This document shows, piece after piece, positions 61,701 through 64,000 of a stretch of 64,000 nt of DNA. Position numbers and translations under genes: made by a program. The notes below the pieces were generated by a model, which did no database searches, was not told the origin of the DNA, and saw only the letters and a program-made list of their open reading frames with translations. Location of the stretch: assembly GCA_905178155.1 (NCBI GenBank), contig CAJINV010000005.1, forward strand, positions 7,057,751 through 7,121,750. Direction: 5' to 3'. The stretch's first letter is position 1. Each line of letters begins with the position of its first letter. The DNA comes from Amoebophrya sp. A120. Its lineage: Eukaryota > Protista > Dinoflagellata.

Positions 61701-64000
61701 CGCGGGTAGAGGTCGACAGAGGTGGCCGGGAGGTGGCCAAGAGGGTCCGCGAGAGGTCGCCCCTTATTCGCGCCACCTCTCTCCACCTCTGTCGACCTCT
61801 CGCGCCCCCTCTTTTTGACCTCTCTGCACCCTCTGTGCCACTTAGGCGGCGCCTAAGGGTGGGCGCTTACTGCAGGCCTTATTCGCGCACCCTCTCGCGG
61901 ACCCTCTCGAACGGGGTCCCGCGCCACCTCTCCACCTCTGTCGACCTCTTTTCTACCTCTGTCGACCTCTTTTTTACCTCTCGGCCACCTCTCTGGGACC
62001 CTCTGTCTACCTCTTTTTTCGCATGAATATAATGTATAGTAATTGCATCACAAATTTGCTCAGGATGACAAATGAAATTTGTCATGCTGTTTTACCTTGG
62101 GATGTAAGTTTGTAATGCATGACAGCAATTACTACGAGCACGATACTTTTGCACAGGATAAGCAGAAGATGCGGGAGAGGCACAGAGAGGACCTATCAAA
62201 AGGAAAAATCCCCCCTCCCCGTATCAAAACGGAAATCTGTGATGCGGTATTTGTGTACACAAATCATGCTTGTCCTGCAGGAAAGCACTGCGCGGAGATC
62301 GCAAGCCTAAGCCGGGGCCTTCTGGTGTAGGAGCCTAGCATGGCAGACGTCTGCCCTGTAGGCCTTGCAGCATTACAAACCGCCCGCATATCGTGGCGGA
62401 GTCTCTGGAATTGCCTTCTGGCAAGACAGACAGGATCTGTGGGCACAAATCTGCATCACAAATTTTCGGAAGGGCGTGTTTTCAATATGGGGAGGGGGGT
62501 TTTTCCTTGCGATAGGATCGGCCCCGGATTTACCGGGTCAGAAACCGGATTCTCGGCCCGCGAAAGTGGAATCCGGAGCTCGACTTGCTAGATGGGCTGG
62601 ACCTGCTGCAGGGGGAAGTGGGGGAAAAAGTGAAGTTCAAAGGCGCTTCGTCGTCTTCCTGTAGTGTTGTGTCTACTTCCAGCAACAGTAGTAAAAGCGA
62701 GGATTCATCATCACCAGTTTCATCGGAGGAAGAAGAAGATCACTCAGTACTAGAGCGAGAAGTAGATTCACATGCATCAACAAAGCCTGCTAGTAACGAG
62801 ATAGGGGCTAGTACACCGATAAGCGAAGAAGTAGAGGACCAGTCGTCGGATGCCGACGATGACATCCCGAAAAGGCGCAGCGCCAGGAGCTCTTCCACGC
62901 GGCCGACGGCAAGAGATGATAGTGGTGCTAGTGCTTCTGCTTCTGTTTCTGTTGCTGCAGCAGCAACACAGACAATCAAGACCAACAACTCGTCGTCCTC
63001 TCACAAACACGACCATGAGCATCCTCTCAAGAAAAAGCAAAAACCGCGCCCTCGCAGCGCCCCGCCGAAGGATCTTTTAAAAGAAAAGAAGGACAGAGAG
63101 CAGAAGAAAAAAGACGCTGCGCTCTTACTCCGGAAGGACAAGCAGAGCAAGTTTTTTCTCGACAATTTTGGCCCGTACAAGACCTACTGGCACCCAAGGA
63201 AGCAGAAGAAGGTGTTTTTTCACAGTACTACCATGAAGCAAGCGACCACGACGTATGCGATGCTGAGTAAGAAGAACGCAGAAGCGGGAACTTCTTCTGG
63301 ATATGGATATGTCAGAGTTGAAATCGACAAAGTTGAAATAATTTGTCATGCATAAAATGGATGCCAGTTGGAGCCCAGTTTTCAAGTGGCGCATGACAAA
63401 TTTCGGTGGTCCCTAAATCCAGTCTGTCATGCTGTTTAGGCAAAGAAGAGCGACTTTCGCATGCTACTTTAGCAGCTCGAGCTGTAGCCCCAAACAGGCT
63501 TACAATCGGCCTCACTTGCCTGCTCTGCAACACACGTGCCGCGGGTCATGCATTTTATGCATTGCAAATTATTTCAACTTTGACGATTTCAAACCTGACG
63601 CTTCCATACTGGAACAAGCAACAGTAATGCGAAGGTGATCTCTGTGCTAGTGCAGCAACACCAGCTGTTGTCCAGTCGTTTTTTCATTTTACCGAATACC
63701 CATGCCCGGATCGAACAAAAGCCAGATGCGTACCATCCAACCGCGGACCCCGAGTTGACGAAATTCACGTACGATCACTGTCCATAAGAGAGTGCATATA
63801 TCCCCTCTCCCCCTGATTACTATCTAAACTGCAGCAGCTGGTCAAAAATGCATGCGAGGGGTATGCTCGGGGGTATGTTCGGGGGTGTGTCAGGGGTATG
63901 CAAATGGCAGTCAGTCACGACCTGAATACAAATTTTTGGCGAAAAAGCAGAAGGTGGGGTATAAACATACCCCAGACACACCCCAGACACACCCCAGACA
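55757..64000 (+). CDS. Large low-complexity/charged protein of unknown function; 3' end not resolved
   Basis: Long ORFs 55715, 57442, 58046, 60003, 60562 and 62585 are separated by seven TSD-flanked introners. No recognisable domain. Confidence 0.65.
57099..57353. mobile_element. Introner family A
   Basis: TIR; TSD tggaa. Confidence 0.88.
57827..58044. mobile_element. Introner family C
   Basis: TIR; TSD agtgt. Confidence 0.86.
59736..60001. mobile_element. Introner family A
   Basis: TIR; TSD attga. Confidence 0.86.
60482..60642. mobile_element. Introner family K
   Basis: tatgcaatacaaac...gatttgctgtggata; TSD cggga. Confidence 0.85.
61090..62160. mobile_element. Introner family B with ~0.9-kb nested GC-rich insertion
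   Basis: Family B ends; TSD agcag. Confidence 0.88.
61355..61533 (+). repeat. Tandem 12/13-bp minisatellite GAGAGGGTGGCGC (~14 copies)
   Basis: Seen directly; 13-mers interspersed with the 12-mer GAGAGGGTGCGC. Confidence 0.95.
62194..62514. mobile_element. Introner family G
   Basis: TIR; TSD ggacc/ggatc. Confidence 0.88.
63302..63608. mobile_element. Introner family J (reverse orientation)
   Basis: tatggatatgtcag...cctgacgcttccata; TSD ctgga. Confidence 0.88.

Noticed and set aside
61091-61776. ORFs with ARGWRERVAREGG repeats
   Set aside because: Translation of the nested minisatellite inside an intron
1-64000. tRNA/rRNA genes, dinoflagellate spliced-leader relics, autonomous transposase
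   Set aside because: None recognised by eye; tRNAscan, Infernal and HMM searches are needed to exclude them

Overview
Eukaryotic, intron-rich genomic DNA. The architecture fits an Amoebophrya-type syndinian dinoflagellate parasite; this is inferred, not proven. About ten protein genes are present, nearly all on the + strand: a radial spoke head RSP4/6-like protein, an EF-hand protein, an OPR/HPR-RAP-like protein, a DeoD-type purine nucleoside phosphorylase, a very large cytosolic carboxypeptidase (CCP/AGBL), an AIF/MDAR-like FAD oxidoreductase, two small membrane/secreted proteins, a damaged Cys-rich gene on the - strand, and a large unknown protein running off the 3' end. The dominant feature is about 70 short (109-460 bp, two larger) non-autonomous TIR elements from at least 12 TIR families. 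Nearly all start TAT and end ATA, are flanked by a 5-bp target duplication and sit inside coding exons. Wherever I translated the junction, removing the element plus one duplication copy restored the reading frame, so they act as non-canonical introns (introners). Mismatched duplications at conserved codons point to a fixed splice register (1 nt before TAT, 4 nt after ATA). The same family occurs in both orientations, and unrelated families share an internal TGT(C/G/A)ATGC motif. No transposase is visible. Family letters are my own labels. Coordinates were counted by hand and may be off by 1-2 nt.
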